64,000 bases of DNA from Bacteroidota bacterium (GTDB taxonomy: Bacteria; Bacteroidota; Bacteroidia; Chitinophagales; BACL12): the NCBI GenBank assembly GCA_029571985.1, contig JAKQVC010000194.1, positions 9,139 to 73,138 on the forward strand, written 5' to 3'. Below, piece after piece: positions 33,505-44,400 of the stretch. The notes beneath the pieces are model-generated. The model saw only the letters and a list, made by a program, of their open reading frames with translations. It searched no databases and was not told the origin of the DNA. The position numbers and the translations under genes are program-made. The stretch's first letter is position 1. The number at the start of each line of letters is the position of its first letter.

Positions 33505-34728
33505 ATGAAGAAAAGCATTACCCTCATCATGGGCATCGTGTGTACACATGTGTACGCGCAGAGCCAACTTTCACCGGAAATCACCTCCTGGATAACCACC
33601 GGTAACAACAGTGCCAATTTTGACGCACAATTTTCAATTTTAGAACAGGTTCAATATACCGACGAACATGTATTTCTGTCGTGTACCGGTATTCCAACCT
33701 ATGATGTTGGACCATGGGATGATCCAGCCTTAGGCACCAACCAAAATTTTGTGTTCAGCATCACCAGAACACCACAACCAGCGGGCAACCCTGAGTCGCT
33801 GCAACAAGGTCGCATTGGTGTTTGGAGTAATGGTATTAGCGTGTATTCTCCGATAAACAAGGCCAGCTATCAATTTAAGGATACCTGGCATTTTGATGAA
33901 GTGAGTAAAATAGATGAAGAAACACCATGCGATGGCTGGGTTTACGAAAATGGTGAATATTATACTTATAGTACAGCCAGTTGTTTATATGACGCCGCTA
34001 CTGATAATGCACACGCACCCATAGTTGGCTATGCGTTTGACGGATATCCTATTTACGGTGGTCTGGGATTTGCCAATGCGGATGGCACCGGTGGTGTTGT
34101 GCGCATGCGTTCTTCCTATCAATTAAGAAATATTTCAGAACGCCATACCCTACCCGATGGCTCCGAATTGCCTGAATCATTATGGGGACCAGATGTAAAT
34201 AATTATTTTCCATTAGGTCGATTTGTAGAAGATTATGTGTACACAGCCGGCAGCGGCGATTTAGATGAACACAACGGACGCTTTTGTGTAACACCTGAAT
34301 ATCCTAATGGCACCTACGCTTACTTTGTAACGGTTGATGCAGCATTCAATCCTGCATTTCCTTACGTAATTGGCGATTCATTTTATGGAAAAGTAACCGA
34401 TGGTAATATTGGTGAGTTTGCCGGTCACAATCAAATTGATGCGGCTGCAACTACCTATGCTTCTGTTGGCGTTTCCGGTATTATCGACATTATGTTATAT
34501 CCAAATCCTGCCACAGATTATTTCCATGTGTATATTTTACCGGGATACGAAAACAATATTGCTGCCCGACTTATTGACATGAGTGGTAACGTAGTATTCC
34601 AGGAATTAAACTGGCAACCCGGTGTTAATTATCCGATTGATGTGCGATCAATGAATAGCGGCATGTATATATTGCAATTGGTATCCGGTAATGCATCGGT
34701 AACGCATCGTTGTATAGTCCGGAACTGA
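33505..34728 (+). CDS. YHYH-family protein with T9SS type A sorting domain (degenerate YHYH motif)
   Basis: HAPIVGYAFDGYPIYG and GDLDEHNGRFCVTPEYPNGTYAYF; CTD YPNPA...SGMYIL. Confidence 0.82.
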   Translation: MKKSITLIMGIVCTHVYAQSQLSPEITSWITTGNNSANFDAQFSILEQVQYTDEHVFLSCTGIPTYDVGPWDDPALGTNQNFVFSITRTPQPAGNPESLQQGRIGVWSNGISVYSPINKASYQFKDTWHFDEVSKIDEETPCDGWVYENGEYYTYSTASCLYDAATDNAHAPIVGYAFDGYPIYGGLGFANADGTGGVVRMRSSYQLRNISERHTLPDGSELPESLWGPDVNNYFPLGRFVEDYVYTAGSGDLDEHNGRFCVTPEYPNGTYAYFVTVDAAFNPAFPYVIGDSFYGKVTDGNIGEFAGHNQIDAAATTYASVGVSGIIDIMLYPNPATDYFHVYILPGYENNIAARLIDMSGNVVFQELNWQPGVNYPIDVRSMNSGMYILQLVSGNASVTHRCIVRN

Positions 34729-34974
34729 TAAACCTTATATGCAAGAATCCCTGTTTTAAGAAACAGGCCGATTTATATTAAGTTGCAGGAAATGAAGGGT
34801 GATAATAACAACAAAGTGTATTAATATAGACTTAGTCCATACATCCTGACTTGTTTTTGCCTAATGGCCATAAAGAGCGCGTATTGCTTACTTTGAACAA
34901 CGCGTTTTTTATGGCCATCGTTTTTTTCGGTAAATCCTGTAGCGTATGCCGAATAACGATTGAGATGTTCAATA

Positions 34975-36060
34975 TTATTTTGCAGGAAATAGCTGTGGCT
35001 GAGTTGCCAGTGTTGCGCCATGCTGCTGAATAATCCGCAATACCTGTTGCATCACCTGGTTGCGCAGGTCAACATATTCATTCCATTTCACATATTCAAA
35101 ATGCATTTCCACTACCATTTCAATTGAAATGGGGGTGATGGCATACACACCAACATTTACCTCATCGTTTCGCAAGGGATGTTCCTCACCAAACTTTGTC
35201 AGATCTGCACGTATGGCTTCTAATTTCTGAAGGGAAGTTGTTTGATCCAAGGCTAGCATAAAATACAATCGGCGGGATGTTCTCCGCGAAAGATTGCTCA
35301 GCTTAGCGTTCATGATAGTTTTATTCGGAATCGTGACATAAGATGTATCCATCGTACGGATACGTGTGCTGCGAAAACCTACTTTAACAACTGTTCCGCT
35401 CATACCATCAAACTCTATTAGATCGCCAATGATAAATGGCTTTTCAGAAAATATGCTGATGCTGCCGAAAATATTTTGCAACGATTCCTGAGCTGCAAAT
35501 GCGATGGCAATACCTGCGATACCGGCACCTGCAATAATAGAATAGATATTCACCCCAAAAACAACACCCAGGATACTCAGAATAGCAATTGTCCAAACCA
35601 GCAATCGCAAAATATCCTTCATAAACACAATCAACTGATCATCCCAAGGATCTTCTGTTTTTTCGGCGCGATGTTTAAGCACCATTACAAAGAAGTCGGC
35701 AATTCTGCTCACCAGCCAGGCAATATTCAGGATGAGCAAAAAACGATAACTGCCTAGCATGAGTTTAGTAACCAATTCATGTCCCTTTGCCGGCTGGTCG
35801 GGAAATGGATAATTTAATGTATGAAAGCCGATATAAATGGTTTGCAATACAATAAAATATTGCAAAGGCTTGAGTATCATTTTTAAAAACTCCTGATACA
35901 TCTCTCCAGCCTCCGTTTTCTGCACCATTCTGAATAGGAGCATACTGATTAACCTGGAAATGTATCTTTTAAAAATGATGACAAATAACAATACCCCCAG
36001 TAGCCAGAACCACTGTCGCCATGTATTGTAATAAACTTCCTGATTCAAAAAATCCTGCAT
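34975..36060 (-). CDS. Small-conductance mechanosensitive channel (MscS family)
   Basis: AGAGIAGIAIAFAAQESLQNIFG, KPFIIGD, GFRSTRIRT, IPN. ATG 36060 lies downstream of -7 TAATTTTG (36088-36081). Confidence 0.92.
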   Translation of the reverse strand: MQDFLNQEVYYNTWRQWFWLLGVLLFVIIFKRYISRLISMLLFRMVQKTEAGEMYQEFLKMILKPLQYFIVLQTIYIGFHTLNYPFPDQPAKGHELVTKLMLGSYRFLLILNIAWLVSRIADFFVMVLKHRAEKTEDPWDDQLIVFMKDILRLLVWTIAILSILGVVFGVNIYSIIAGAGIAGIAIAFAAQESLQNIFGSISIFSEKPFIIGDLIEFDGMSGTVVKVGFRSTRIRTMDTSYVTIPNKTIMNAKLSNLSRRTSRRLYFMLALDQTTSLQKLEAIRADLTKFGEEHPLRNDEVNVGVYAITPISIEMVVEMHFEYVKWNEYVDLRNQVMQQVLRIIQQHGATLATQPQLFPAK

Positions 36061-36184
36061 AGCCTGTTTACGCTTCTCTGCAAAATTACATAACATACCG
36101 CTATGACTGAATAATTGGACAAATCTACCGTCAGTTGTTTCCAATGAACCGCTGCATTTGGCCAAATCTGCTCAATTTTAGGGC

Positions 36185-37351
36185 ATGATCACTAAATTGC
36201 TGACACCGGTTCGCACAACAGAAGCACTTTCTGAATGGACGATACAATCCTATCATTGGGCCAAACGCATTCAGGTGTATACAGAACCGGGTAATTTTCC
36301 AGAAACCACTGATTGCCTATTGGCTATCATCGGACTTCCGGAGAGCAGAGGCAGTCTTCAAAACAGCGGAAGTGATACCGGTGCTGATATCATTCGCAAG
36401 CATGTATATCAGTTAGCCGTTAACGAATATCCATTGCAATTAATTGACGCAGGTGATATCATACCCGGAGAAACCCCGGAAGATACCTGGCAACACATAA
36501 AAATGGTAATGGAATGGTTTCTGGGTCAGCAAATTTTACCGATACTAATTGGCGGCTCGCAGGATAATACGATTGGTCAATATCTGGGTTACGAATTTCT
36601 GGGGCAGGCTGTAAATCTGACAGTACTGGATGAGCGAATTGACCTGGATGATCCAGAATATTTGCCGCCGGCACGCACATGGCTGCAACATATTTTTAAA
36701 CACGAACCCAAATATTTATTTAATTATTCAGCCATTGCGTATCAAACGCATTTCAATGCACAGGAAGTTTTGCGCGCAATAGATGATTTATTCTTCGACG
36801 CTACCAGATTAGGGCGATTAAAAGAGAATATCCAATTTGCAGAACCGGAAGTGCGTGATGCCGATTTAATGAGCATCGACATATCCTGTATCCGAGCAGC
36901 AGATGCACCCGGTATCGCACATGCTACACCAAATGGTTTATCCGGATGGGAAATATGTCAAATTATGCGATACGCCGGTATGAGCGATAAAATTACTTCG
37001 TTGGGTATATATGAATACAATCCGATGTTTGATAATCAGGAACTAACTGCCAAACTGATTGCACAAATGATCTGGTATTTTGTTGATGGTTATTATAATC
37101 GAAAAAGTGACTATCCGATTGTTTCTGAAAAGGACTTTACCAAGTACATCGTAAATGTAGCGGAAAGCGATTATGATTTAACTTTTTGGAAAAGTATGAA
37201 AAGCGGCAGATGGTGGGTAGAAGTACCTTTTGTTGTGCAGGAGCGGTTTGAACGACATCAGTTAGTGCCTTGCTCATATGAAGATTATGAAAATTCTTTG
37301 CGCAACGATGTGCCGGAAAAGTGGTTGCGAATTTTCCATAAGTTGAGTTAA
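36185..37351 (+). CDS. Arginase/formimidoylglutamase-family protein (Bacteroidota type)
   Basis: DAGDI, LIGGSQD, SIDISCI, PNG, YAGMSDK, AQMIWYFVDG, S.RWW. Confidence 0.85.
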   Translation: MITKLLTPVRTTEALSEWTIQSYHWAKRIQVYTEPGNFPETTDCLLAIIGLPESRGSLQNSGSDTGADIIRKHVYQLAVNEYPLQLIDAGDIIPGETPEDTWQHIKMVMEWFLGQQILPILIGGSQDNTIGQYLGYEFLGQAVNLTVLDERIDLDDPEYLPPARTWLQHIFKHEPKYLFNYSAIAYQTHFNAQEVLRAIDDLFFDATRLGRLKENIQFAEPEVRDADLMSIDISCIRAADAPGIAHATPNGLSGWEICQIMRYAGMSDKITSLGIYEYNPMFDNQELTAKLIAQMIWYFVDGYYNRKSDYPIVSEKDFTKYIVNVAESDYDLTFWKSMKSGRWWVEVPFVVQERFERHQLVPCSYEDYENSLRNDVPEKWLRIFHKLS

Positions 37352-37424
37352 ATAGCAGAAATGTGCTGCACAACATAACACCAGCGCACGTCTGATGACA
37401 TGCGTGCCAGAGTCAACCCGAATA

Positions 37425-38705
37425 TTATTGAATTATTTTCTCCAGCCGAATACCTCTCGACCCTTTCAATAAAATGGTTGCGCCGGAAAAATGTTGATCA
37501 TCAAACCAGGCTTTTACCTGATCACTATTTTCGAACGACAACACATTTGAAACATCAATACTTTTAAAAATTGGTCCCACAGTTACCACCTGTGCAAAAT
37601 TACCTGATCGTGCAAGCTCCAGTATTTCCGTATGTTCCTGTTGCGCAAATGCACCCAGCTCCAGCATATCGCCGATAATGACAATTTTAAGGGATGCCTG
37701 GAGTCGCGCGAAATTTTCTAATGCCACCCGCATGCTGCTGGGGTTTGCATTATAGGCATCCAAAATAAAAGTATTGTTACCTATCTCCCGCCATTCGCTT
37801 CTGTTGTTGCCGGGCGTATACTGTTCAATTGCCTCCTGAATATCTGCGTAGGGCACATCAAAATATTTTCCTATGCACGCTGCGGCAATAATATTATCCG
37901 CATTATAACTACCAACCAGTTGCGAGCGAATGGTAATTTCATCATCAATGGTTACAACCGCTTTATCCTGATCTGGTACTACTTTGCCAACAATGTAATC
38001 GTTCTCGCTGTATCCGTAACTCACCGTATGCGCATATGCTTGTGCAAGTGGTGCTAATTGCGATTGATTGCTGTTCCAAAAAATCACTCCTTCCTGATGC
38101 ATCACATACTGATATAATTCTGATTTTCCTTTCAGCACACCGGCCTCGCCACCAAATCCTTCCAGATGCGCTTTACCGATATTTGTGATTAACGCAAAAT
38201 CAGGTTGTGCATAGTTGCAATAGCCTGCAATTTCACCCTGATGATTGGCACCCATTTCGATGACAGCAAAAGTGCAATCCTGCTTTATATTCAAAATCGT
38301 AAGTGGCACACCAATGTGGTTATTTAAATTACCCTTTGTTGCGTAAGTAATATATTTTTTTGAAAGAACTGCTGCTATTAATTCTTTGGTAGTTGTTTTA
38401 CCATTCGACCCGGTAAGTGCGAGTACCGGAAATCCAAATGTATTTCGATAAGCCGCTGCTAACTGCTGCATTGTTAATAGCACATCTTCCACTACAATAC
38501 ATGCCTCAGAAATGACATATGATGAATCATCAACCACACAATAGGCAGCACCTTTCGCTAAAGCTGCAGCAGCAAATTGGCCACCATTTACATGTTCACC
38601 GGGCAGGCCAAAAAACATTTCACCGGATTGCACGGTCCGATTATCAATACTGGCTCCTGTGCAAGTGAGAAATTTTTGGAAGAGGTTTTCGATAAGGTGT
38701 TCCAT
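37425..38705 (-). CDS. murF: UDP-MurNAc-tripeptide--D-Ala-D-Ala ligase
   Basis: TGSNGKTTTKE, NNHIGVPLT, EMGANH, DAYNANPSSM, GDMLELG, KGSRG. Start at ATG 38705. Confidence 0.97.
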   Translation of the reverse strand: MEHLIENLFQKFLTCTGASIDNRTVQSGEMFFGLPGEHVNGGQFAAAALAKGAAYCVVDDSSYVISEACIVVEDVLLTMQQLAAAYRNTFGFPVLALTGSNGKTTTKELIAAVLSKKYITYATKGNLNNHIGVPLTILNIKQDCTFAVIEMGANHQGEIAGYCNYAQPDFALITNIGKAHLEGFGGEAGVLKGKSELYQYVMHQEGVIFWNSNQSQLAPLAQAYAHTVSYGYSENDYIVGKVVPDQDKAVVTIDDEITIRSQLVGSYNADNIIAAACIGKYFDVPYADIQEAIEQYTPGNNRSEWREIGNNTFILDAYNANPSSMRVALENFARLQASLKIVIIGDMLELGAFAQQEHTEILELARSGNFAQVVTVGPIFKSIDVSNVLSFENSDQVKAWFDDQHFSGATILLKGSRGIRLEKIIQ

Positions 38706-38718
38706 CGGGTATAAAATT

Positions 38719-38749
38719 AAAAAAGCCCTCCGCAATCACGGAAGGCTTT
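38719..38749 (-). terminator. Probable terminator after gldJ
   Basis: Minus strand AAAGCCTTCCG-tgattg-CGGAGGGCTTTTTT. Confidence 0.7.
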
Positions 38750-38770
38750 GACATTATTTATCGGCCAACT

Positions 38771-40294
38771 TTAAAACTTGTTCATATTTCGGTTGGTCTT
38801 GTTGAGTTTCTTCTGTTTTTTGGTTTTCTTGAATTGGTTACCACCTTTTGTTTCATTGTCAACATCACCACCTAAGCGGATCATGGCACAACGGAAACCG
38901 ATAGTAGCGGTAGACAAATCTTCTTCCAGGTAACGGCGTGAACCAGGTGAGCACCAGAAGGCCTCATCTGCCCAGCTACCGCCTTTGTAAACGCGGGCGT
39001 TATCGCTGATCAGGGTTGAACGTCCGTATTCATAAGTAACATAAGAAGTTGAGTCACCATCGAGGTAATCTACCACATAGCCTTTCTTATAGTTACGGCG
39101 GTTAACAGCCTCTTCATCTTTCACAGGGCGGTAACGGATACGACCAAGTGAATCGAGCAGAGGATAATTATCTTCATCTAAATCGCGCACCTGATACTCA
39201 TTACCACGATAAGGGTTGAGGTCATCCATTTCAATATAAGTAGTAGGACGATACACATCGGCCACCCACTCATTCACGTTACCGGCCATGTTATACAGAC
39301 CGTAATCGTTTGGCATGAATGAATAAACAGGAGCAGTAATGATAGAGTTATCGTTTAATTTACCGGCAACACCCGCATAGTCACCACGACCACGCTTATA
39401 GTTAGCCAGCATTTTACCCTGAGCCCATTTTTCTTTTGCAGATGGCTCACGAAGGGTATTGCCATCCCAAGGATACAGGCGGCGATCTGTAATCATCTCA
39501 TTACCCGGTACGCGGTTACCAATTAAACCGAGAGCGGCATATTCCCATTCAGCCTCGGTAGGCAAGCGATAATCCGGTAAGAGGATACCATCTTCCATAC
39601 GCACGGTGCGGCCCATTTTCGGGTCAGCAGCGTATGGACTGTAGTCCTTTTTACCTTTACGCAAACCGGTGGTATACTGACCTGTCATATAAGTTTCGGA
39701 TGTGAAGTTATCTTCACCGGAACCCATTGTATTTACGTCGATATATTTTTTCTCCGCGAGAATCATCTCATTCACACGGTCGGAGCGCCATTTACAGAAT
39801 TCAGTAGCCTGTAACCAGGAAACACCTACTACAGGATAGTTCTGATAAGAAGGGTGACGGAAATAATACTGCACATAAGGCTCATTGAAGGCCAATTCTT
39901 CACGCCAAACCAGTGTATCAGGAAGGGAGTTCTGAATAACTTCAGGGAAGTCAGGGAACTGCTTAATCATCCAATACACATATTCGCGGTAGTGCAGGTT
40001 AGAAATTTCCGTTTCATCCAGGTAAAAGGATGATACCGTTACGCGGCGCGGAATGTTGTTGTATTCAAAAGTAACGTCCTGTTCAGTGGTACCTTGAACG
40101 ACAGTACCGCCCTGAACCAACACGAGGTTAGGCCCCGTAGCCTGTCCGTCATACCGATGTGCTTCAAAACCACCCCATTTAGGGTCGTTGTACTTAAAGC
40201 CGGAAACCGAAGATCTTTTCTTACAAGAAGTTCCGAAAGCCAACAGCAGGACTGTAAAAGACAGAACTATTACAGGATGCAGGTTTCTTTTCAT
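38771..40294 (-). CDS. gldJ: Gliding motility lipoprotein GldJ (FGE-sulfatase fold)
   Basis: Lipobox GTSC, PDTLVWR, YPVVGVSW, RLPTEAEWEYAA, IGFRCAM; gldJ-murF order divergent from porU. -7 element TACATTTG at 40331-40324. Confidence 0.9.
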   Translation of the reverse strand: MKRNLHPVIVLSFTVLLLAFGTSCKKRSSVSGFKYNDPKWGGFEAHRYDGQATGPNLVLVQGGTVVQGTTEQDVTFEYNNIPRRVTVSSFYLDETEISNLHYREYVYWMIKQFPDFPEVIQNSLPDTLVWREELAFNEPYVQYYFRHPSYQNYPVVGVSWLQATEFCKWRSDRVNEMILAEKKYIDVNTMGSGEDNFTSETYMTGQYTTGLRKGKKDYSPYAADPKMGRTVRMEDGILLPDYRLPTEAEWEYAALGLIGNRVPGNEMITDRRLYPWDGNTLREPSAKEKWAQGKMLANYKRGRGDYAGVAGKLNDNSIITAPVYSFMPNDYGLYNMAGNVNEWVADVYRPTTYIEMDDLNPYRGNEYQVRDLDEDNYPLLDSLGRIRYRPVKDEEAVNRRNYKKGYVVDYLDGDSTSYVTYEYGRSTLISDNARVYKGGSWADEAFWCSPGSRRYLEEDLSTATIGFRCAMIRLGGDVDNETKGGNQFKKTKKQKKLNKTNRNMNKF

Positions 40295-40349
40295 ACTTTT
40301 TTTCTTTTACTTGAGAGTTAACGCAAATGTAGCAAACTTATTTTGAGAT

Positions 40350-41432
40350 TCACAAAACTCTGGGGCATTCCAGCATACTTTTCTGCCCATTTTTAATGGC
40401 ATGGCCTGCTCTTTCCTTAAAAGTGAACATAAGCGACACCTCATGGGCGCCGCCTGTAAGGCCTGCAAGCTGCCCGGTACTTACATCGTAGCTATATCCA
40501 AACCGCACCATTCCCTTCGCCATCCCGACCAAAAACACCACATCGCTGAGGTTAGCCGTGGTGTGTTTAAAGGCCAAACCGCCTAAAAACAAGCCTTTTT
40601 TGGCATAGATGCCTGTTTGCAGCTGATTGAATCCGGCCTGCGACGACCAGAGCAGATAAGGATTTACGAGCAAATCGTCCTTCTTTTTACCTCCAAAAAA
40701 GATACCTGCCTGAGCCCCGATGGTTCCGGGCAGGGTGCTGGCACTGTTGCCATAAAAGCTGATGGTTGGCGTATTCAGATGATCGAAAGCCATGCCCACG
40801 TAGAGGCGGTTGCTGTAAAAAAGCAGTCCCATGCCCACATCCATGGTATTAAAATTATTTGAAGCCGGCGCCGGTTCGCCAGTGGGGTTCGGGTTCCCGG
40901 CAGCATCATTAAACCCGGTGAGCAGGTTAATCTGATCATAAAATTGAATATCCTGCCAGTTTATACTGTACTGCAAATAGTCTAAACCAATGCCAATATT
41001 AAGTGCATAATCAGCCCCAATCCTCGCTTGGTACATATATTGCAGCCCGGCCTGAGTAGAGGTAAGCAGGCCATCACCCTGAACATCCTGTACAACATTA
41101 AATCCCAGCCCACTCCTCATTTTACCGATATAAGCATCTCCTGCTGCACGATAGGTTACATAAGACTGAGGCATGGTTGGCCACTGGTCGCGAAAATTCA
41201 GAATAAGTCGCGGATCACCGAAAGCGCCGGCAAAGGCCGGGTTAACTGTAGTTTGAGCTGCAAACCACTGACTGAACCGCAAATCCTGACCAGAAACCTG
41301 AGTGGCAGAAAAAATGAACCAAACGCAGGCGCCAAACATTACGTGTTTACTGTCGGCACGTTTAATAATTGACCAAACGATGGCAATAAACTTATGATAT
41401 TTGCGTTCTTGAACCACTCTGTTGTTAACCAA
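40350..41432 (-). CDS. PorP/SprF-family T9SS outer-membrane protein
   Basis: QDLRFSQ...NPAFAG...RDQW...HLNTP...GYSYD...GAHEVSL. The true start is probably downstream of 41432. Confidence 0.9.
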   Translation of the reverse strand: MVNNRVVQERKYHKFIAIVWSIIKRADSKHVMFGACVWFIFSATQVSGQDLRFSQWFAAQTTVNPAFAGAFGDPRLILNFRDQWPTMPQSYVTYRAAGDAYIGKMRSGLGFNVVQDVQGDGLLTSTQAGLQYMYQARIGADYALNIGIGLDYLQYSINWQDIQFYDQINLLTGFNDAAGNPNPTGEPAPASNNFNTMDVGMGLLFYSNRLYVGMAFDHLNTPTISFYGNSASTLPGTIGAQAGIFFGGKKKDDLLVNPYLLWSSQAGFNQLQTGIYAKKGLFLGGLAFKHTTANLSDVVFLVGMAKGMVRFGYSYDVSTGQLAGLTGGAHEVSLMFTFKERAGHAIKNGQKSMLECPRVL

Positions 41433-41441
41433 TCTTACTTG

Positions 41442-44400
41442 ATGAAAGCGAATGTCTCTGCACTGCGTAAGCTGTTTTCGGCTGCAATGTTAACGTGTTT
41501 ATGGATGAATGCAGTATGGGCGGGTGCACAATTTTCGGTGGATCGCTCACTGCAGTGGTCAGCCACCTTGCGTCCTTTTAATAGCGAAAGTGGTATCAGT
41601 TACAATGCCTTATCATTTGCAGGGGCATCTTTTTCTGTTGAAAACACTTATGTATTGCCACAATTTCAGGAGTCATTTCCGATATCTGGCTCCCTCGTTT
41701 CATCGGCAACACTTACCAATACAGTATTTAGTCCCGTGACCGAATTAAATGGAAAAGAGCTCGAAAAATTGCGGTCAAAACTGTCGAAAGAAATTCAGGT
41801 ACACGCATCCGTTGGTTTTGCACAAAAGCAACCGGAAGCTATCATAGATTTCATTCCGTTGCGCATCAATCCCAGCACAAATGTGGTTGAAAAATTGGTG
41901 TCGTTTACCCTCACGATTCAAACGTCTGACATTGCCCTGAAAACAACAGAAACTACTGACGTAACAGGCATCAGCGCATTGTCGTCAGGCCGCTGGTATA
42001 AAATCAGTCTGACAAAAGAAGGGATTTATAAAATTGATAAAGACTTTTTAAACAGTTTAGGAATATCCGGATCCATTTCCTTTTCAACCTTAGGTGTATT
42101 TGGTAATGGCGGAGGCATGCTGCCTGAATCGAATGCGGATTTCAGGTATGACGACATTCAGGAAAACAGCATTTACAAATTTGATGCAAACGGGAATAAT
42201 ATTTTTGACGATGGCGATTATATTTTATTCTATGGTCAGGCGCCGCATCGATTTAATTATATTCCTTCAGAAAATACTTTCCGGCATCAGAATAATATTT
42301 ATTCCGATAAAACCTGTTATTTCATTTCACCGGATAAAGGAACAGGCAAATTTATTACCGGCACCGCCTCATTACCTGTGGAAAATTACACCACATCCAC
42401 CTATGATATTATACAATTTATTGATGCGGATAAATCCAATTTATTAAGCAGTGGAAGAGCCTGGTATGGTGACGCCTTTGATATTTTTAATCCATCGCGC
42501 GACTACAGTTTTACCTTTCCGGATTTAGTTGCAGGTTCTACCATGCAATATCGCATAGAAGCTGCTGGTAACAGCCCTTCCGGCAGTATTATTTTAAATC
42601 TGAGTGCAAATGGTACGGCCTTGCCGGTTGATATTGTTATCAGCCAATTAGTGGAAGGTTTTACCGAAACGTATGCCTATGCTGAATTAGCAGAAAGCGC
42701 TTTCACAACCACCGGGTCATCTGTTACTATTGGTATTGATTTTACAGGCTCTTCTACATCAACAGCCTGGTTAGATTATATTGAATTATTAGGCCGCGCA
42801 CAAATTAAATATGCGGGTAGTCAGCTTATGTTCAGAGACCTTCAAAGTATTGCGCCGGGCAGGATAACAAAATTTTCTGTTCAGGCAAATACGGGAGTTT
42901 TCATTTGGGATGTGACTGACCAAACACAGGTTAAATCAATGGATTATTCAGCTGCAGGTGGTGTTGTGGAATTTATTACAGCAACAGACTCTTTACGTGA
43001 ATTTATTGTTTTTGAACCTGCGAATGCCTATAGCAGTGATGAATTAAATTTTGAGCAAGAAGTAGCCAATCAAAATATACATAACGATACGTATTTTCCG
43101 GATTATGTGATTGTAACGCATCCTTCGTTTCTTTCAGAAGCACGTCGTTTAGCAGCATATCATTATAATGAGGATGGATTAGATACTTTGGTGGTTACAA
43201 CCACACAGGTTTACAATGAATTTAGCAGCGGTGTGATGGATTTATCTGCCATTCGCGATATGATGCGCATGTTTTATGTGCGTGCCGGAGCTGATGCCGA
43301 TAAATTACCACGCTACTTATTAGTGTTTGGAGATGCATCATTTGACTATAGAAATATCACTTATGCAGATGACGAAAACACGATGAAGGTGCCAACATTT
43401 GAAAGTCCTGAATCTCTTCAGAAAGCCTATTCTTATTGCACGGATGACTATATGGGATTTTTAGATGTTACAGAGGGCGATGATATAGAAAGCACATCTG
43501 AAAAACTTGATATTGGTATTGGGCGATTACCATGTGTAACGATTGAAGAAGCCGGACAACTGGTTGATAAAATCATGCATTATTCCTCGCCCGAATCACT
43601 GGGTAGCTGGCGGAATAATTTAAGTTTTCTGGCAGATGATGAAGATTATAATACCCACGTGGAAGATGCAAACCTGTTAGCCATTTACATGGAAGCCAAT
43701 CACCCGGTTTACAATCTGGATAAAATATATTTTGACAGCTATCAGCAAATTCCAGGTGCCGGGGGCGAGCGATATCCGGAGGTGGAAACGGCCATCAATA
43801 ACAAGCTATTTACCGGTTCGCTCATTATGAATTATTTAGGTCATGGCAATGAACAAAACTGGGCACAGGAACGCGTGCTTTCGGTTGATGATATTAATAG
43901 CTGGACAAACTATGATAAGTTGCCATTATTCATCACGGCAACCTGTTCATTTTCGAGGTATGATAATCCCGGTTTGCGTTCGGCGGGTGAGTTAGTGATC
44001 ATGAATCCAAGAGGTGGCGGTATTGCCTTAATGACAACGGTGCGATTAGTTTATGCTTCAGCGAATTACGATCTCAATAGTAATTTTATTGAGCATTTAT
44101 TTGATGCACCGGGTGGCATTAATCCACGTTTGGGCGATGCTGTCAGGTTAGGAAAAAATGCAGTTACCACTCAACCTGAAAACAACCGCAAGTTTATTTT
44201 GTTAGGAGATCCGGGTGTGATGTTGAACTATCCAAAATATCAGGTGCAAACCAAAACCGTTAATGGCTACGATATTACCGTGTATACCGATACGTTGAAG
44301 GCGCTTGACAAAGTAACGATTACCGGAGAGGTAACCGATGAAAGCGGCGAAAAACTGACCGGTTTTAATGGTATTGTGTATCCTGCGGTTTACGATAAAC

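Noticed and set aside
36185-37351. Missing canonical DAHxD metal ligands in the arginase-family protein
   Set aside because: As far as I recall this degeneracy is general for the Bacteroidota subfamily, not specific to this locus.
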